The position numbers and the translations under genes are program-made. A stretch of DNA of 59,275 bases from a virus (taxonomy: Duplodnaviria; Caudoviricetes). Shown here piece by piece: positions 19,541 through 30,500 of the stretch. Under the pieces are notes generated by a model that was given only the letters and a program-made list of their open reading frames with translations, was not told where the DNA came from and did no database searches. Location: the IMG/VR virus record IMGVR_UViG_3300042860_000755, positions 1-59,275 of that record; one strand, given 5' to 3'. How positions within the stretch are numbered: position 1 is the first letter of the stretch; the number at the start of each line of letters is the position of its first letter.

Positions 19541-21472
19541 ATGCCACTCCAAAAACTTCAACTGCGCCCCGGCGTCAACAGAGAGTCAACCACGCTGGCC
19601 AATGAGGGTACGTGGTTTGAGATGGATAAGGTGCGCTTTCGTTCGGGATACCCCGAAAAGCTTGGCGGCTGGGTTCGAGATAATGGTGCGCAGGACAGCG
19701 GTTTGATGCCGCCCACCGGGTCTTTTTGGGGTGTTTGCCGCTCCCTGTGGAACTGGATTACCCTTTCTGGTTACAACCTGTTGGGCTTGGGGACTAACCT
19801 CAAATTTTATGTTCAAAATGGCGTTGACGGCAATTTTTACGATGTGACTCCGCTGCGAGAAACTGTCACTATTTCGTCTAATGCCTTTACCACAACCAAC
19901 GGCTTGACCACTGTTGTTATCAACGATACGGCTCACGGCGCGATAACAAACGACTTTGTGACCATTTCTGGGGTATCGGGTCCAGTAAATGGTATTCCGG
20001 CAGCGGACCTTAATAAAGAGTTTCGCATTACTTATTTGACATCCAACACTTACAGTATCACGGTTGCAACTCAAGCCACATCCTCTGGCACCACAGGCGC
20101 GGCCACCTTTGCCTACCAAATTACTCCAGGCGAAGAAATTGAAACAGTGGTTGTTGGTTGGGGCGCTGGTGGTTGGGGTGGCACAACGCCTGGATTTGCG
20201 CCAACGGGTTGGGGACAGTCTGCCGCATTGACGCAGCTTCGGCTTTGGAGTCAAGCCAATTATGGTCAGGACTTGGTCATAAATCCGCGTGGCGGTGCGT
20301 TGTATCTTTGGAAGGTCAATGTCAACCCGTTAATTTATGACCGCGCTGTTTTGCTGTCACCAACAAGCCCATCACCCTACACGACGGACTCTGGATGTCC
20401 AGCGGTCGCCAACGCCGTCGCGGTTTCCGACGCTTCGCGTTTTGTGATTGCTTTTGGCTGTAACGATTACGGCTCTGTGGAGCAAGACCCACTGCTTATT
20501 CGCTGGTCGGATCAGGAGGATTACGCCGTCTGGAACCCTGCTGCGACTAATCAAGCTGGCAGCTATCGCCTGTCCACTGGGTCAAGCATTGTTGCTCACC
20601 AGCAAACCCGTCAGGAGATTCTTGTCTGGACTGATGCCGCGCTGTATTCCATGCAGTACCTCGGCCCCCCTTATATTTGGGGATTTCAGGTTTTAGGCTA
20701 CAACATATCAATCGCTGGGCCCAACACCACCGCAACGGCATCCAACATCACATATTGGATGGGGTTGGACAAGTTCTACATGTACTCCGGTCGAATTGAG
20801 ACCTTGTACTGCCCGCTGCGTCAATACATCTTTGGCGACATTAATTTGAATCAGCAGTATCAGTTCTTTGCGGGCACGAATGAAGGCTACAACGAAATCT
20901 GGTGGTTTTACTGCTCTGCAAACTCAACCGTCATCGACAAATACGTCATCTACAACCACTTGGAGCGTATCTGGAGCTATGGCAACTTGTCGCGCACAGC
21001 ATGGCTGGACACCCCATTGAGGGACTTCCCATCTGCTGCGGGGTATGGTGGGAATTTGATCTACCACGAGAGCGGCGTGGACGATGGCAGCACCAACCCG
21101 CCAGCGCCGATCAGTTCCTACATTCAGTCTGCCGACTTTAATATCGGTGACGGGCACAACTACGGCTTTGCGTGGCGCATGATCCCCGACATCACGTTCG
21201 ACGGGTCGTACGTCAACAACCCACAGGTGACGTTTACACTGCGCCCTCGCCAGAACCCAGGTGCCGATTACAGCACCGCAGATACGCCGACAGTGACCAG
21301 CGCCCAAAACTACACCGGGCAGAGAAACTACACGGTGCAACAGTTCACGCAGATTGTTTACACGCGCATCCGTGGGCGGCAGATGGCGTTTAAGGTCAGT
21401 TCTGATGGGCTCGGGGTTAACTGGCAGTTGGGCGTCCCGTCGCTTGATGTGCGTCCTGATGGTCGCAGGTGA
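19541..21472 (+). CDS. Tail nozzle / stabilisation protein (P22 gp10 / tail tubular B-like)
   Basis: 643-aa Trp-rich beta protein (LIRWSDQED, NEIWWFY); position before internal virion proteins. Confidence 0.6.
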   Translation: MPLQKLQLRPGVNRESTTLANEGTWFEMDKVRFRSGYPEKLGGWVRDNGAQDSGLMPPTGSFWGVCRSLWNWITLSGYNLLGLGTNLKFYVQNGVDGNFYDVTPLRETVTISSNAFTTTNGLTTVVINDTAHGAITNDFVTISGVSGPVNGIPAADLNKEFRITYLTSNTYSITVATQATSSGTTGAATFAYQITPGEEIETVVVGWGAGGWGGTTPGFAPTGWGQSAALTQLRLWSQANYGQDLVINPRGGALYLWKVNVNPLIYDRAVLLSPTSPSPYTTDSGCPAVANAVAVSDASRFVIAFGCNDYGSVEQDPLLIRWSDQEDYAVWNPAATNQAGSYRLSTGSSIVAHQQTRQEILVWTDAALYSMQYLGPPYIWGFQVLGYNISIAGPNTTATASNITYWMGLDKFYMYSGRIETLYCPLRQYIFGDINLNQQYQFFAGTNEGYNEIWWFYCSANSTVIDKYVIYNHLERIWSYGNLSRTAWLDTPLRDFPSAAGYGGNLIYHESGVDDGSTNPPAPISSYIQSADFNIGDGHNYGFAWRMIPDITFDGSYVNNPQVTFTLRPRQNPGADYSTADTPTVTSAQNYTGQRNYTVQQFTQIVYTRIRGRQMAFKVSSDGLGVNWQLGVPSLDVRPDGRR

Positions 21473-21475
21473 CCT

Positions 21476-22867
21476 ATGACCCTAATCGTCACATCAGAGT
21501 TTGAACTCAACCGGGTCGTTGCACCCCGTCTGCCGACCGCGCCTATTGAGTATGAGAAGCGATATCACGATCAGTTCGCTGATGTCCTGCGTCTGTACTT
21601 CAACCGACTCGACAACATTTTGGGGCAACTCGTGGCAACTTTAGACACCATCCCCGTCTCCATTGGCGGCACCAACGTAGATGCCTTCGGGCGGCTGCGG
21701 GTAAGCGAACCATACACCTTGTTTGATAGCCAGAGCCGCTACGCTGCGGACAATCAATTCAGCACATCTACGTCTGGCACAGGGACTTCCACGTTTAACG
21801 CCAATCAATCGAGTGTCAGCATGGCTGTAACTGGTGGCGGTGTTGGCTCTGTTGTGCGGCAGTCGTTTCGCAACATGCTGTACCAGCCCGGCAAAGGCTT
21901 GCTCGTCTTGGCCACGTTCCAAATGGACAACGGCGAATCTGCAAACCTTAACCAAAAGGTGGGGTACTTCGACACACAAAACGGCGTGTTTTTTCAGCGC
22001 ACATCCGGCATCAACTCTTTTGTAATGCGGTCCTACACGAGCGGTTCAGTAAATGACTCAAGGGCGTTTACGCAAGCAAATTGGAACGGTGACAAGCTCG
22101 ATGGCACTGGGGCTTCTGGCCTGACCCTTGATTTGACGCACCCGCAGATTTTGTGGATGGATTTTGAATGGCTGGGTGTTGGCTCGGTGCGCTGCGGCTT
22201 CATCATCAACGGTCAATATGTTGTCTGCCATACCTTTGATACGGCCAACGTGTATGGCACGACCGTTTACATGACCACGGCTATCCTGCCCGTGCGGTAT
22301 GAAATTACCACCACAACTGCCGCAGTTGCAGCCACGCTCACTCAGATTTGTTCGTCTGTAATATCTGAGGGCGGCTTTGAGGCTACGTCAATTGAGCACG
22401 TTGCCAGACGTACAACCGTGCTTGGCACCATAAATACCGCCGCCAACTTTCTGCCGGTTGTTTCGATTCGACTAACATCAACGTCTCTGGGCGCTGTCGT
22501 GCTTCCAAACAGGATACAGTTTCAGCCAACGACGTCCCAGAACTATGAGATTGCCTTAATCAAAAACCCGGTCCTTACAGGGGCCACATGGGCTGCAACA
22601 GTGCCTTCTGACAGCAACGTTGAGTTTGATGTTGCAGCTACGGCGATTGCCACGGCGGGCACGATTGTTCAAACCGCCTACATCTCAAGCTCTGGCGGTG
22701 GCGGCCAAGCCGACACAATATCGCCAACTGGATTTAACTGGGATCAGCAGCTTGGGGTGTCTTTGACCAGCGTCAGCGACATCTATACATTGGGTGTACG
22801 CACCATCTCCGGCGCTACGACAGGCGATGGGGTTGGCTCTATTTCCTTCTACGACCTGACGCAGTAA
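21476..22867 (+). CDS. Tail-associated structural protein
   Basis: Short helical N-terminus (VLRLYFNRLD) fused to a DAFGRLRVSEP...lectin-like beta domain. Confidence 0.55.
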   Translation: MTLIVTSEFELNRVVAPRLPTAPIEYEKRYHDQFADVLRLYFNRLDNILGQLVATLDTIPVSIGGTNVDAFGRLRVSEPYTLFDSQSRYAADNQFSTSTSGTGTSTFNANQSSVSMAVTGGGVGSVVRQSFRNMLYQPGKGLLVLATFQMDNGESANLNQKVGYFDTQNGVFFQRTSGINSFVMRSYTSGSVNDSRAFTQANWNGDKLDGTGASGLTLDLTHPQILWMDFEWLGVGSVRCGFIINGQYVVCHTFDTANVYGTTVYMTTAILPVRYEITTTTAAVAATLTQICSSVISEGGFEATSIEHVARRTTVLGTINTAANFLPVVSIRLTSTSLGAVVLPNRIQFQPTTSQNYEIALIKNPVLTGATWAATVPSDSNVEFDVAATAIATAGTIVQTAYISSSGGGGQADTISPTGFNWDQQLGVSLTSVSDIYTLGVRTISGATTGDGVGSISFYDLTQ

Positions 22868-22905
22868 TTGAACAAATAAACCCCCCATGATAGACTCGTT
22901 TAAAC
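22868..22905 (+). promoter_or_regulatory. Putative sigma70 promoter for internal virion genes
   Basis: TTGAAC-17 bp-TAGACT followed immediately by GTTTAAAC. Confidence 0.45.
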
Positions 22906-22924
22906 CCTTTTTCGTGAGGCAACC

Positions 22925-25066
22925 ATGAGCCTTCAACAAGCCGCCCAGTACTTGGCAGCGCAGGGGCGTGGCCCCGACACAATGCTTGTTCACATGACCC
23001 CTCGGGAGGTTGCTGGACTCGATGAGCTTGCAAGAGCTTATTACGGTCGGTCGTTGCCCACCAACCCAAAGACTGGCCTCCCAGAAGCAAACTTCCTTAA
23101 AAAAGTTGCGCTTCCTATGTTGGCTGGCGCTGTTTTGGGGCCCGCTGGGTTTGGTTTAACTGCTGGGCAAGCGGCTTTGACGGCGGGCGCAATCCGTGGT
23201 GCCACCTCTGGCAGTCTTGAGAAGGGTATTGCGTTTGGTCTTGGTGCTTATGGTGGCGCGGGGTTGTCCGGTGCTCTGTTGAATACGGGTACGCAAATGG
23301 CGGCAAACACTGCCGTTGCCGGAGACCTTGGGGCCGCAGCCGGAGATTCTGCTCTAACCGCTACGCAAGCAGCGCAAGCGGCAAAAGCTTCTCCTCTTTC
23401 GACTATGGGCCAAGGGGCTAAGGGTCTCTTTGAGAAAGAAGGTCGAGATATATTCATGAAGGAAGCTGGCGGCCTCTCCGGGCTCTCCCAGTACGGCATG
23501 GCAGCCGCTGCCCCGGCGCTGATGGCCCCACAAACAACCACGCCCATGCCCACATCAAATGGCGTGAGGCGGCAGTACTATTCATTTGACCCCGGTCGCA
23601 GACAAGACCCCGAAGCAGGTTACACGGGGCCAAGGTCTGGAGAGCGCACGTACTTCAACCCCACGTTTAGACGCCTCCCAGAACCAGGGATGGCTGAAGG
23701 CGGATCAACAAGCCGATTCAGTGGAAATGCATATTTAAACAACCTTGCGCGGCAGTCTGTTCCAAGCCCGACAGCCGGGCTTACTCCTCTTGAAAAACCA
23801 TTTGAAAGCGAAGAGGAGCATGAGTACATTTACGACCCGATTACTCAACGTTTTAGACGCGCCAAAAAACCAAAAAAACAAGATGACAACAAGCTTGGCA
23901 GTTCAGTGAGCGACCAATTTCCTCCCTTGGATACTGGTGGCGGGATCGGTACTGGCATGGATTCAGGTAGTACGCTTGGCGATTTTGGCCACAGCATGGG
24001 CGATGCCGGTGTTGGCGCAATTAGTCTTGGTCAGGGGTTGTCTGCACTTGGGGTTGGGCTTGGGTTTAACGCGGGGGCGACTGGAAGTGGGCGCGGGGGT
24101 TGGGGGGATGCAATATCAAATTACGGCATCGACCAGCTTGGCAGAGCAGAGGCTCAGGCTGCTGCTGACAGCACCGCGTATGGCCGAGGGCCAACTGGGG
24201 ACGCTGCTGCCGCCGCCGCCGCTGCTGCTGGTTACGCTGCCGCTGATGCCCAAGCCGGGGATGCAGCTTTCGGGGGTGCAAGTTTTGGCAATACCGCTGC
24301 AAGTAACAACACCGCAGGATTGAGTGCTGCTGCTGGTGATTCTAATGCTAGTACCAGTGGCACCAGGGGGTTAGGGTCGAGTACTGGCAACACTGCGGGC
24401 CTGGGCAATGCCGCTGCGAGTAGCAACAACGCAGGATTAGCTGCTGCCCTCGCTGCCGCAGAGATAAGCGCGGCAATGGATGCAGCATCTGCGCAGGCGG
24501 CGGCAGATCAAGCCGCTGCTGCTGCTGCTGCTGAGTCGATGGGTAGTGCCTTGGCGGCAGATCAAGCTGCTGCCGCTGCTGATGCCGCTGCCGATGCCGC
24601 CTCCGCCGATGCTGCCGCTGGTGCGGCGGGTGCTGCCGCTGGCGCTGATGCGGGCTCTGGCTTGGGGTATGGTGGTGATGGGTATGGTGGCACTGGGGAT
24701 GGTAGCGGGGGTTTTTACGCCGAGGGTGGCACTATTAACCGCAACATGGGCGGCATCAGTTCTTATGCTGGCGGCGGCTACAACCTCGGGGACTACTCTG
24801 ACGGCGGCAGGCTGCTGCGTGGCCCTGGTGATGGGGTGTCCGACTCCATCCCTGCGGTGATTGGTCAGAGGCGTCCTGCGCGGCTTGCTGATGGCGAGTT
24901 TGTTATTCCGGCCCGCATCGTCTCTGAGCTTGGGAATGGATCAACTGAGGCGGGCGCTCGTAAGCTTTACGCCATGATGGATCGCGTGCAGCGGGCGCGT
25001 GGAAAAACCACTGGTAAGGGCAGGGTGGCCAAGAATACCCGTGCCGACAAATACTTGCCCGCATAA
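22925..25066 (+). CDS. Internal virion / ejection protein
   Basis: Gly/Ala-rich; C-terminal GPGDGVSDSIPA..LADGEFV motif as in tape-measure proteins; poly-Ala tract. Confidence 0.6.
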   Translation: MSLQQAAQYLAAQGRGPDTMLVHMTPREVAGLDELARAYYGRSLPTNPKTGLPEANFLKKVALPMLAGAVLGPAGFGLTAGQAALTAGAIRGATSGSLEKGIAFGLGAYGGAGLSGALLNTGTQMAANTAVAGDLGAAAGDSALTATQAAQAAKASPLSTMGQGAKGLFEKEGRDIFMKEAGGLSGLSQYGMAAAAPALMAPQTTTPMPTSNGVRRQYYSFDPGRRQDPEAGYTGPRSGERTYFNPTFRRLPEPGMAEGGSTSRFSGNAYLNNLARQSVPSPTAGLTPLEKPFESEEEHEYIYDPITQRFRRAKKPKKQDDNKLGSSVSDQFPPLDTGGGIGTGMDSGSTLGDFGHSMGDAGVGAISLGQGLSALGVGLGFNAGATGSGRGGWGDAISNYGIDQLGRAEAQAAADSTAYGRGPTGDAAAAAAAAAGYAAADAQAGDAAFGGASFGNTAASNNTAGLSAAAGDSNASTSGTRGLGSSTGNTAGLGNAAASSNNAGLAAALAAAEISAAMDAASAQAAADQAAAAAAAESMGSALAADQAAAAADAAADAASADAAAGAAGAAAGADAGSGLGYGGDGYGGTGDGSGGFYAEGGTINRNMGGISSYAGGGYNLGDYSDGGRLLRGPGDGVSDSIPAVIGQRRPARLADGEFVIPARIVSELGNGSTEAGARKLYAMMDRVQRARGKTTGKGRVAKNTRADKYLPA

Positions 25067-25086
25067 ATATTGCAAGGAGCATTTAA

Positions 25087-27585
25087 ATGGCTGAAGCAAC
25101 GCAAACCTCAATTTCAGACTTGCCGGAATGGGCCAGAGGTTATGGCCCGCAACTATTGGGGTTGACAGAAGCTGTTGCATTCCAAAAGCAATACAACCCC
25201 GAAACCAAGCAGTACGACATCGTCGGACCCTCGGAGTATCAAAAATATGGCGGGGAGAGGATTGCGCCATTCTCTGGTTTGCAGGAGAAGGCGTTTGAGC
25301 GTGCTGGCGAAATGGGGACTTCGTCGCAGCTTGGTTCGGCAACAACAGATACCCAGACCGCCATAAACAAGGCGCTCGGCACAAGTTATGACCCGTATCA
25401 GATGGGTCAGTTTACTGCGAGTACTGCCGCGCAGTACATGAATCCGTTTGTTGAGGCGGCGATGGCACCCCAGCTTCGGGAAGCCCAACGCTCCTCAGAA
25501 ATGCAGCGCATGTCCGATCAGGCCCAGGCGGTTCGATCTGGTGCATTTGGCGGCAGCCGTCAGGCGATTGTTGAAGCCGAGCGGCAGCGCAATCTGGGGA
25601 TGCAGCAGGGGGACATCCGCGCCCGTGGGTATCAAACTGCTTTTGATCAAGCCCAGCAAAATTTTGCCCGTGAGCAGCAGCTTCGTGAGCAGTCCCGCCA
25701 GTACGGTGCTGGCCTGGGTATGCAGGGCATCGGACTTGGCTTGCAGGGCGCTGGTCTTATGGGTCAGCTTGGTCAGGCACAGTTTGGCCAGGGCAGAGAC
25801 ATTACGAACTTGCAGGCGCAGCTTGGCACCCAGCAGCAGCAGGTTGGACAGCTAGACCTGAACCAGAAGTATCAAGACTTCCTGAACCAGCAGCGGCATC
25901 CGTACCAGCAGTTGGAGTTCATGTCGAACATGTTGCGCGGCACCCCAATGGGCACTGTCAACACAATGTACGCCCAGCCGCCCAGCACATTGGGTCAGAT
26001 TGCTGGCCTTGGCACTGGCTTTCTTGGTTTCGGACAAGCCGCAAGAATGTTTGGCAACAAAGAGGGCGGCCAAGTCAAAGAGTATGCCGATGGCGGCAGT
26101 GTCACCAGCGACTACAACATCGACAACATCATTGACAGGCTCAGTGACGCTCAGTTGCAGCAAGCCCGCATGGCGGCCATCAACAACAAGGATATGCGCC
26201 GCCTTCAGGCCATTGACGAGGAGTTGGCAGAACGAGCATCGGTGCGATCCGGTCTTGGTGGTGCGTTTAACTCGCTGCCGGAAGAAACCCAGGAGTCTGT
26301 CACCAACATGGCCGAGGGTGGCATCGTTGCCTTTGCCGGACCAAACGAAGCCAACAACTACAACCTTGTCGAAGACCCTCAGTTCGGCGGTTCGTCTTCT
26401 GGTTCGGCAGATATGGATCGGCTTCGGATTGAATCTGAACGCGCTCGCCGTGCAGCGCAAGAGCATGAGGCGCGGATGAAATTTTTGAGGGAATCAGCCC
26501 CAGAAACTTATCAGCGACTGCTGACAGAGCAGCCAAATGCGCCTGCTCAGACTGCTCCCGCTCGGGTCGCTCCAGCGCAGGCTCCACGCACCGCCCAGGC
26601 CGCTCCTCAAGCCGCAAGGCGTGATGAGCCTCGCAGATCAGCAACCATCACGAGGCAAGAAGCCAGGAGTGCGGTTGAGACAATTGCTCAGGGAAACAAT
26701 GTTGAAATCCCCAAGGATGACACAAAGGAACTTACTGAACAGTTCATGAAAGAGTTCAGCGCCAAGTCAGCGCCTGAGCGAGCAGAAGTTAAGGCCGACT
26801 TGGAGAAGGCCAAAAGCCGTGCCAAAGAGATTGAGGCTCGGGGCATTGGTGAGGCAATGATGAGGTTTGGCTTTGGTATGGCCGCAGCAGCTTCAAAACC
26901 CGGAGCGGGTACTGGGCTGGGTGGGGCGCTTAGATCAGCAGCGGCAGCCTCTCCAATCTTTGCGGAGTCTCTGGCGGAAACCAATAAGCTCAAGCAAGCG
27001 GCAGAGGACAACTACACCAAGCTGCGCATGGAGAACAGGCGTTATGAGAACGCCCTTGATCAAGGCAACATGCAGCTTGCCTCCAGCTTGGCAAACAACA
27101 TCAACCAGCGCAAGCTTGCCCAGGCAAACCTTGAGCGTCAGATTGTTCAGCAAGACCGCCTGTTTGAGTTGGAAAAGCAAAAGGCAGCTTTTGCACGGTC
27201 GCAGGCTGGACGCCCTGGATCATCCCTGGAGATGGCCTACAACGTCCTTCGTGCTGACCCCAAAAACAAGGACAAGAGCAATTCCGATCTGCTTGAAGAC
27301 GCCGCAAGAAAGGTTGGCTTCGCATCCAACTATCGCACAGATGTTTCAGCGGACATCAGGCGTCAAGACCAGTTGCGCAAAGATTTGGGTGAAAACATGG
27401 AATACAAAAAGTTGGGAGTTCAAATGGCCACCGCAAAAACACCAGAAGAGCGTTTGTCCATCCAGCAAAGAATGAATGTCATTGAGGCAGATGCCGCTAG
27501 GAAAATTGGTATTCAGCCCAGCGGTGGTGTAGGATCGCCCACTCAAGTCTATCGGTTTGACTCAAAAGGCAACCCTATTCAATGA
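25087..27585 (+). CDS. Internal virion / ejection protein
   Basis: Gln/Ala-rich helical protein with YMNPF and GAFGGSR motifs typical of podovirus DNA-transfer proteins. Confidence 0.6.
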   Translation: MAEATQTSISDLPEWARGYGPQLLGLTEAVAFQKQYNPETKQYDIVGPSEYQKYGGERIAPFSGLQEKAFERAGEMGTSSQLGSATTDTQTAINKALGTSYDPYQMGQFTASTAAQYMNPFVEAAMAPQLREAQRSSEMQRMSDQAQAVRSGAFGGSRQAIVEAERQRNLGMQQGDIRARGYQTAFDQAQQNFAREQQLREQSRQYGAGLGMQGIGLGLQGAGLMGQLGQAQFGQGRDITNLQAQLGTQQQQVGQLDLNQKYQDFLNQQRHPYQQLEFMSNMLRGTPMGTVNTMYAQPPSTLGQIAGLGTGFLGFGQAARMFGNKEGGQVKEYADGGSVTSDYNIDNIIDRLSDAQLQQARMAAINNKDMRRLQAIDEELAERASVRSGLGGAFNSLPEETQESVTNMAEGGIVAFAGPNEANNYNLVEDPQFGGSSSGSADMDRLRIESERARRAAQEHEARMKFLRESAPETYQRLLTEQPNAPAQTAPARVAPAQAPRTAQAAPQAARRDEPRRSATITRQEARSAVETIAQGNNVEIPKDDTKELTEQFMKEFSAKSAPERAEVKADLEKAKSRAKEIEARGIGEAMMRFGFGMAAAASKPGAGTGLGGALRSAAAASPIFAESLAETNKLKQAAEDNYTKLRMENRRYENALDQGNMQLASSLANNINQRKLAQANLERQIVQQDRLFELEKQKAAFARSQAGRPGSSLEMAYNVLRADPKNKDKSNSDLLEDAARKVGFASNYRTDVSADIRRQDQLRKDLGENMEYKKLGVQMATAKTPEERLSIQQRMNVIEADAARKIGIQPSGGVGSPTQVYRFDSKGNPIQ

Positions 27586-27592
27586 GGTTTAA

Positions 27593-30500
27593 ATGACGAT
27601 CAGAGCCGAACTTGCCGATGGTCGAGTCCTTGAATTTCCCGATGGAACAGACCCCGGAGTAATTCAGGCGACGGTCAAGCGAATGATTGCCGCCCCCCAG
27701 GGGGCGCAAGATTTTTCTCAGGTGCCAACTGCTGAATTGGAGGCGATGCCAAGTGCGCCGACTTCCATCTCTGACATTGCTCGGTCTCTTGGGATTGGCG
27801 TCGTTGGTGGCGCAAAAGCGTTGACTGATGTTTTTGGCGCTGGCTCTACTGCGTCAGAGTACCTGGGTGAAACCGCAAGAGAGCTTCAAAAGGGTTTGAC
27901 ACCGGCCCGTCAGGCTGAAATTGCCAAACGCCAAGAACTGGAAAAACGAGCCGCCGAATCTGGTGACACGCTCAAAGAAGTCAAAACATTCCTTGGTGGT
28001 GTTGCCGAGGCACCTCTACAGTCGTTGGTTCAAGGTGTTGGCTCTTCTGCGCCAACCTTGCTTGCGTCATTGGCTGCCATCCCTGCGGGAGCGCCAGCGG
28101 GCTTGGCGCTTGGCGTGGGCATTATTTCAAGAGCCGCCCTTGGAGCTGCTCAAGGCGTTGGCGAACAAAAAGGCTCCATCCTTGATGAGGTTGAGCAGGC
28201 TTACATAAAGGCTGGCTACGAAAAAGAGCAGGCCAGGGAGCTTGCCCTTAAGGCTCAGGAGTACTCACAAGACAAGGCCCTTCAATTTGGCGGGGCCGCC
28301 CTTCTTGGCGCGTTGGATGCGTTTACCGGGATGGAGAGCGGCGTTTCAAAAGCCGCCCGCGCCGCAGCCTCCAAGAAAATTGCTGGCGCAACAGCCGACA
28401 AAATTGTTGAAGGATTGCCCGAGAAAGAGCTTGCACGCCCAGGCGTCATTGGTTCCGCTGCACGCTCCGCAATTGGAGAGGCCCCGCTTGAAGGCGTTCA
28501 GGGTGGCTATGGCCAATACTCAACCAACCTAGCCCTCATCAAAGAGGGTTTGCTCGATCCTGATTTGGCCATGCAGGGCGTTTACGGTGCTGCCGCCCGT
28601 GACGCAGCAGTTGGCGCATTGACTGGTGCCGCGTTTACACCTGTTGAACAAGCCAATAGGATGCGCGAATACCAAATGGATCAGGCTCTTCGTCAGCAAC
28701 AAGATGCTGGCCTTGCCGTTTCCGAAGAAGAGCTTGCCCAGCGGTTCCCCGATGTTCTTCCTGGCGGTTTCAAGATCAACCGCGAAGAGCTTGGCACTGA
28801 GACTGTGCCGCAGGGCTTCAGCATCATGGCCGAAGGCAGGGATGAACCCCTGTCTGTGGTTGATACCCAAGATGAGGCCAATGCCAAGCTTGAAGCTCTG
28901 ACCAAAATCAGGGAGCAAGAGCGCGAGAAAATCCTCAAGGACGAAGAAAAGATCAACGCCGATGTCAAGAAGTCCAGAGACAGGCTGGAGTATCTTGAGG
29001 CCACCGAACAGACCGGCACGGACGAGTATCAATCACTGAAGGCTGAACTGCCTAACCTGATGGACGAGTCGGCGCAGAAGATCAAGGACTTGTACGAGCG
29101 GTCTGAGTCGCTGTCCAAGCCCCTTACGGTCATGCCTTTCGGTGAGGCGCAGCGTGTAAACGAGCAGTTCAACGTCCTCGGGCCGGATCAAAAACCAGTC
29201 GGCACGTTTAAAACCATTGGCGAAGCCGAGGCTGTAGTCACTAAGGCCGTTGGTGAAGATGTGTTTAAACAAACACAGCAGAACCGCGAAACCGCTAAGG
29301 AACTCTACAAGACCTTCGTCCCCCAGATGCGCAAGTTCGGTCTGGGTGATGTTGGCCTGAACATCGTTGACCGGATTGAGAATGGTGCTGGCGGGGCATA
29401 CCTGAACAAGCTGATCAAGGTCTCTCTGGAGGAGGCCAACCCCGTCCAAACGATGCGCCATGAGGCTCTTCATGCCATGAAGGACTTGGGCTTCTTCAAG
29501 CCGCAGCAATGGAAGGCGCTTGAGGATCGCGCAAACAAGCAGTGGATCAAAGAACTCAAGGAGGCCAAGTACGACGAAAAGCAGTCGCGCTATGACGCCT
29601 ACGTTGATCTGTTCACCAAAGAGGGTGAGCAGAAGGGTTTGTCGGGCAAAGAGTTGGATCAGTACGTCAACGAGGCGGTGGTTGAAGAAGCGATTGCCGA
29701 TGCCTTTGGTGCTTATGACAAGGGGGCCAAGCCGCCCCCAGGCATGATTGCATCCCTGTACAAGAAGATCAAAGACTTCTTCGCAAGCCTTGGTCAGGCG
29801 TTCCGTGGCGCAGGTTTCCAGTCAGCAGATGACATCTTCCAGAACATTGAGCGCGGTCGTCTCAAGCCTGCGGCAGAGGCAAAGCCTGTAGCTGAAGAAA
29901 AACTCAGTCTTCGTGTCGCAAACAAAGTTGGCAAGCAGCTTGACCTTGCAAAAGAGGAAATTGATTCAACATCAATCAGCTTACAGACTGGTAAAGCTGG
30001 CGTTGACCAGTTTAAAAAGCAGCCGGTCGGCGGCTTGCCTCAAGTTGTTCAGTTCTTGGAAAATCGCAGGAAGGCATCTGGCCTAAAAAATCTGGACATT
30101 ACGAGCGAAGAAGATCGAGAAGAATTGGCAAAGCTGATGGCCGCAGAAGCCATGGCGGCTATTAATGCTGGCGGCAATGCCCTTCAGTGGTATGACAGCG
30201 TCATTGATTCCATGATGAACATGGCGTCTTTGAAGTACCCCGAACTTGCCACAAATGAAGACAACAAAGCCGCACTGCGGATGGCAATTGCTATTGCATC
30301 TCAGGGTTTAAACGTTGAGGACAATTTGACGTTTGCCATGTCGCAATACGATTACTTCAGGCAAAACGGCAGATTCAAAGAAACTGGTTCTGGCGCTGAT
30401 GGCGCGGCAATGAAGTCAAACTTCACTCTTGCCAATCAGATGATTGAGCAATATGGATTGACTGATCTGCGTAAATTCTTACAAACCGAGTTTACCGTTG

